A stretch of DNA of 32,000 nt, from NCBI RefSeq assembly GCF_000021865.1, contig NC_014034.1:870001-902000 (forward strand), in the 5' to 3' direction. Numbering within the stretch: position 1 is the stretch's first letter; every line of letters starts with the position of its first letter. Made by a program: the position numbers and the translations under genes. The notes under the pieces were generated by a model. It worked only from the letters and a program-made list of their open reading frames with translations, was not told the DNA's origin and searched no databases. Positions 28,908 to 32,000 of this stretch are shown piece after piece. The stretch is from Rhodobacter capsulatus SB 1003 (GTDB taxonomy: Bacteria > Pseudomonadota > Alphaproteobacteria > Rhodobacterales > Rhodobacteraceae).

Positions 28908-29738
28908 ATGCACCCCGTTTCCTCTCTTTCGGCCCTGCGCGACCGCTTTGCGCCCTCGGACCGGATGCCGCTGGTCTTTCTGGGCCACGGCAGCCCGATG
29001 AACGCGATCGAGGATACGGCCAACAGCCGCGCCTGGACCGCGCTCGGCCGCAGCCTGCCGCGGCCAAAGGCGATCCTTGTCGTCTCGGCGCATTGGATGA
29101 CGCGCGGCACGACGCTCGTCGATGTCTCGGCGCTGCCGCGCACGATCCATGATTTCTACGGCTTCCCGCAGGCGCTTTTCGACCAGCGCTATCCGGCCCC
29201 GGGCGATCCGGCACTGGCGCGCGAGGTGGTCTCGCTTCTGGCCAGCCACCGCGTCGCGGGCGATGACAGCTGGGGCCTCGATCACGGCGCCTGGACGGTG
29301 CTGAAGTTCCTGTATCCCGAGGCCGACGTGCCGGTGTTTCAGGTCTCGGTCGACATGAGCCGCGATCTCGCCCATCAGCTGGAGATCGGCCGGACGCTGT
29401 CAGAGCTGCGCAACCGCGGCGTGCTGATCCTCGGCTCGGGCAATGTGGTGCACAACCTGCGCGCCGTGACCTGGAGCGATGACGCGAAACCGCTTGATTT
29501 CGCACAGGACTTCGACGCGCTGTTCACCGATCGCCTTGCCGGTCGCGATTTCGCGGCACTGGCCGACCGTGCCGGGCTGGGGTCCCTTCTGTCGCAGGCC
29601 CATCCAAGCCTCGATCACTATCTGCCGACGCTGACCATCGCGGGGGCCTCGGATGCGGGCGACGATCTGACCTTCCTCACCGAGACGATCGATCTTGGCG
29701 CGATCTCGATGCGCTCCTTCGTCTTTCATCCGCGCTAG
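28908..29738 (+). CDS. ygiD: 4,5-DOPA dioxygenase extradiol-like protein (class III extradiol dioxygenase, LigB/YgiD family)
   Basis: A 276-aa product preceded by an AAGGAG RBS. YgiD-type motifs are present: FLGHGSPMNAIED, SAHW, HDFYGFP, GLDHGAWTVL, GSGNVVHNL, HPSLDHYLP. Confidence 0.85.
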   Translation: MHPVSSLSALRDRFAPSDRMPLVFLGHGSPMNAIEDTANSRAWTALGRSLPRPKAILVVSAHWMTRGTTLVDVSALPRTIHDFYGFPQALFDQRYPAPGDPALAREVVSLLASHRVAGDDSWGLDHGAWTVLKFLYPEADVPVFQVSVDMSRDLAHQLEIGRTLSELRNRGVLILGSGNVVHNLRAVTWSDDAKPLDFAQDFDALFTDRLAGRDFAALADRAGLGSLLSQAHPSLDHYLPTLTIAGASDAGDDLTFLTETIDLGAISMRSFVFHPR

Positions 29739-29741
29739 GGG

Positions 29742-30710
<969 letters not shown>

Positions 30711-30957
30711 TCACGCGTCCGCGCAACCCCGTTTCCGCGCGGCGCCGCTTTGCCGCAGCCCCGGTTTTCCTTGGTGCAAATACGCCCGGGGGTGCCGCGG
30801 AGCCCGCGGGTCGCCCCGGCCCTGCCGGGGCGAAAGCCCCCGCGCGCCGCGGCCCGGCAAAAGCTCTGGTCAGAGGGGGCAACTTGGGCTAGAGTCGGCG
30901 CCAAGACCCGGCAATCGGGCGTTCCTCGGCAGATCAGGCAAACGAGCGGTTTTCGCG

Positions 30958-32000
30958 ATGACGGAAATGGTTTTCGGCACCGTCCCCTTGCGGGCGACGG
31001 ATCCCGTGCTTCCACGCTGGTGGCGCACGATCGACAAATGGGCGCTGACCGCGGTCTTCGCGCTCTTTGGCGTCGGCATGCTTCTGGGCCTTGCCGCCTC
31101 GGTGCCGCTGGCCGAAAAGAACGGGCTCGAGCCCTTCTATTACGTCAAGCGTCAGGCGCTGTTCGGCGGCGTCGGCCTGGTCGTGATGGTCGCGCTCTCG
31201 ATGATGAGCCCGCAGCAGGTCCGCCGCATCGGCGTCGTGGGCTTCGCGCTGGCCTTCCTCACCCTGATGGCGCTGCCCGTCATCGGCACCGATTTCGGCA
31301 AGGGCGCGGTGCGCTGGATCTCGCTCGGCTTCGCCTCGTTCCAGCCTTCGGAATTCCTCAAGCCCGGCTTCGTCATCGTCTCGGCCTGGTTCATGGCCGC
31401 CGCGCTGGAAGTGGCGGGCCCGCCCGGGCGGCTTTATTCCTTCATCCTCACCGCGCTGATCGTCGTCACCCTGGCACTGCAGCCCGACTTCGGCCAGGCC
31501 TCGCTGATCCTCTTTTCCTGGATGGTGATGTATTTCGTCTCCGGGGCGCCGATCCTGCCGCTGGTCGCGGCGGGCGGGCTTTCGGCGGCGGGCGGCTTTC
31601 TGGCCTATAACATGTCCGAACACGTCGCGCGCCGGATCAACGGCTTCCTCTCGGCCGAGGTCGATCCGCGCACCCAGATCGGCTATGCGACGAACGCGAT
31701 CCAGGAGGGCGGCTTCTTCGGCGTCGGCGTCGGCGAGGGCTCGGTGAAATGGTCGCTGCCCGACGCCCATACCGATTTCATCGTCGCGGTCGCGGCGGAA
31801 GAATACGGCCTTGTCCTGGTTCTGGGCATCATCGCGCTTTATGCCGTCGTCGTGCTGCGCTCGCTCAGCCGGATGATGGCCGAACGCGACCCCTTCGCGC
31901 GGATCGCGGGCACCGGCCTTGCCTTTGCCTTCGGCGTGCAGGCGCTGATCAACATGGGGGTTGCGGTGCGGCTTCTGCCCGCCAAGGGCATGACGCTGCC
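30958..32000 (+). CDS. ftsW: FtsW-type SEDS protein (cell-division peptidoglycan glycosyltransferase), C-terminus beyond the window end
   Basis: An open frame runs from ATG 30958 (MTEMVFGTVPLRATDPVLPRWWRTIDKWAL...) to the window end (347 codons, no stop). It is not in the ORF track because it is truncated. SEDS motifs are present (ISLGFASFQPSEFLKP, LQPDFGQA, HTDFIVAVAAEEYGL, RLLPAKGMTLP). It is distinct from the rodA at 11272-12411. An alternative start exists at ATG 30967. Confidence 0.8.
   Translation, partial: MTEMVFGTVPLRATDPVLPRWWRTIDKWALTAVFALFGVGMLLGLAASVPLAEKNGLEPFYYVKRQALFGGVGLVVMVALSMMSPQQVRRIGVVGFALAFLTLMALPVIGTDFGKGAVRWISLGFASFQPSEFLKPGFVIVSAWFMAAALEVAGPPGRLYSFILTALIVVTLALQPDFGQASLILFSWMVMYFVSGAPILPLVAAGGLSAAGGFLAYNMSEHVARRINGFLSAEVDPRTQIGYATNAIQEGGFFGVGVGEGSVKWSLPDAHTDFIVAVAAEEYGLVLVLGIIALYAVVVLRSLSRMMAERDPFARIAGTGLAFAFGVQALINMGVAVRLLPAKGMTL

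Overview
This is a very GC-rich (roughly two-thirds G+C by eye), densely packed chromosomal segment that reads as core genome of a Rhodobacter-type alphaproteobacterium. The XdhA/XdhB translations match what I recall of Rhodobacter capsulatus xanthine dehydrogenase. I can support 28 protein-coding genes. In order they are: xdhB (partial) and xdhA; dnaE; slyX; a hisS-hisZ-hisG operon with overlapping stop/start codons; ghrA, joined to a complete elongasome operon (mreB-mreC-mreD-mrdA-rodA); nhaA; a PAT-like GNAT acetyltransferase; a TerB/J-domain co-chaperone translationally coupled to an EEP-fold phosphodiesterase; a proline-rich signal-anchored hypothetical protein; an AI-2E permease-hdaA-ppk-ppx run; an orphan 87-aa ORF; a LysR regulator divergent from doxX and a ygiD-like extradiol dioxygenase; ldh; and a second SEDS gene (ftsW-like, truncated by the window end). 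Many ORF-track entries carry spurious N-terminal extensions, so I re-set those starts from RBS, overlap and homology logic. The very long antisense ORFs are GC-composition artefacts. I saw no rRNA, tRNA, CRISPR array, transposase, integrase or phage genes, and no convincing new multi-gene system. The least explained items are: (i) the TerB/J-domain + EEP + Pro-rich protein trio at 18.8-21.0 kb; (ii) a 2.5-copy ~35-bp tandem repeat built from nested palindromes (CCGACGTCGG, GGGGCGCCCC, a stem-loop) that also supplies the C-terminus and stop codon of the orphan ORF at ~27.0 kb; (iii) a cluster of GC-rich stem-loops in the 232-bp convergent gap at 21.05-21.27 kb; and (iv) the LysR/DoxX/stem-loop/YgiD module. 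All functional calls come from reading translations and motifs by eye. No database search was run.
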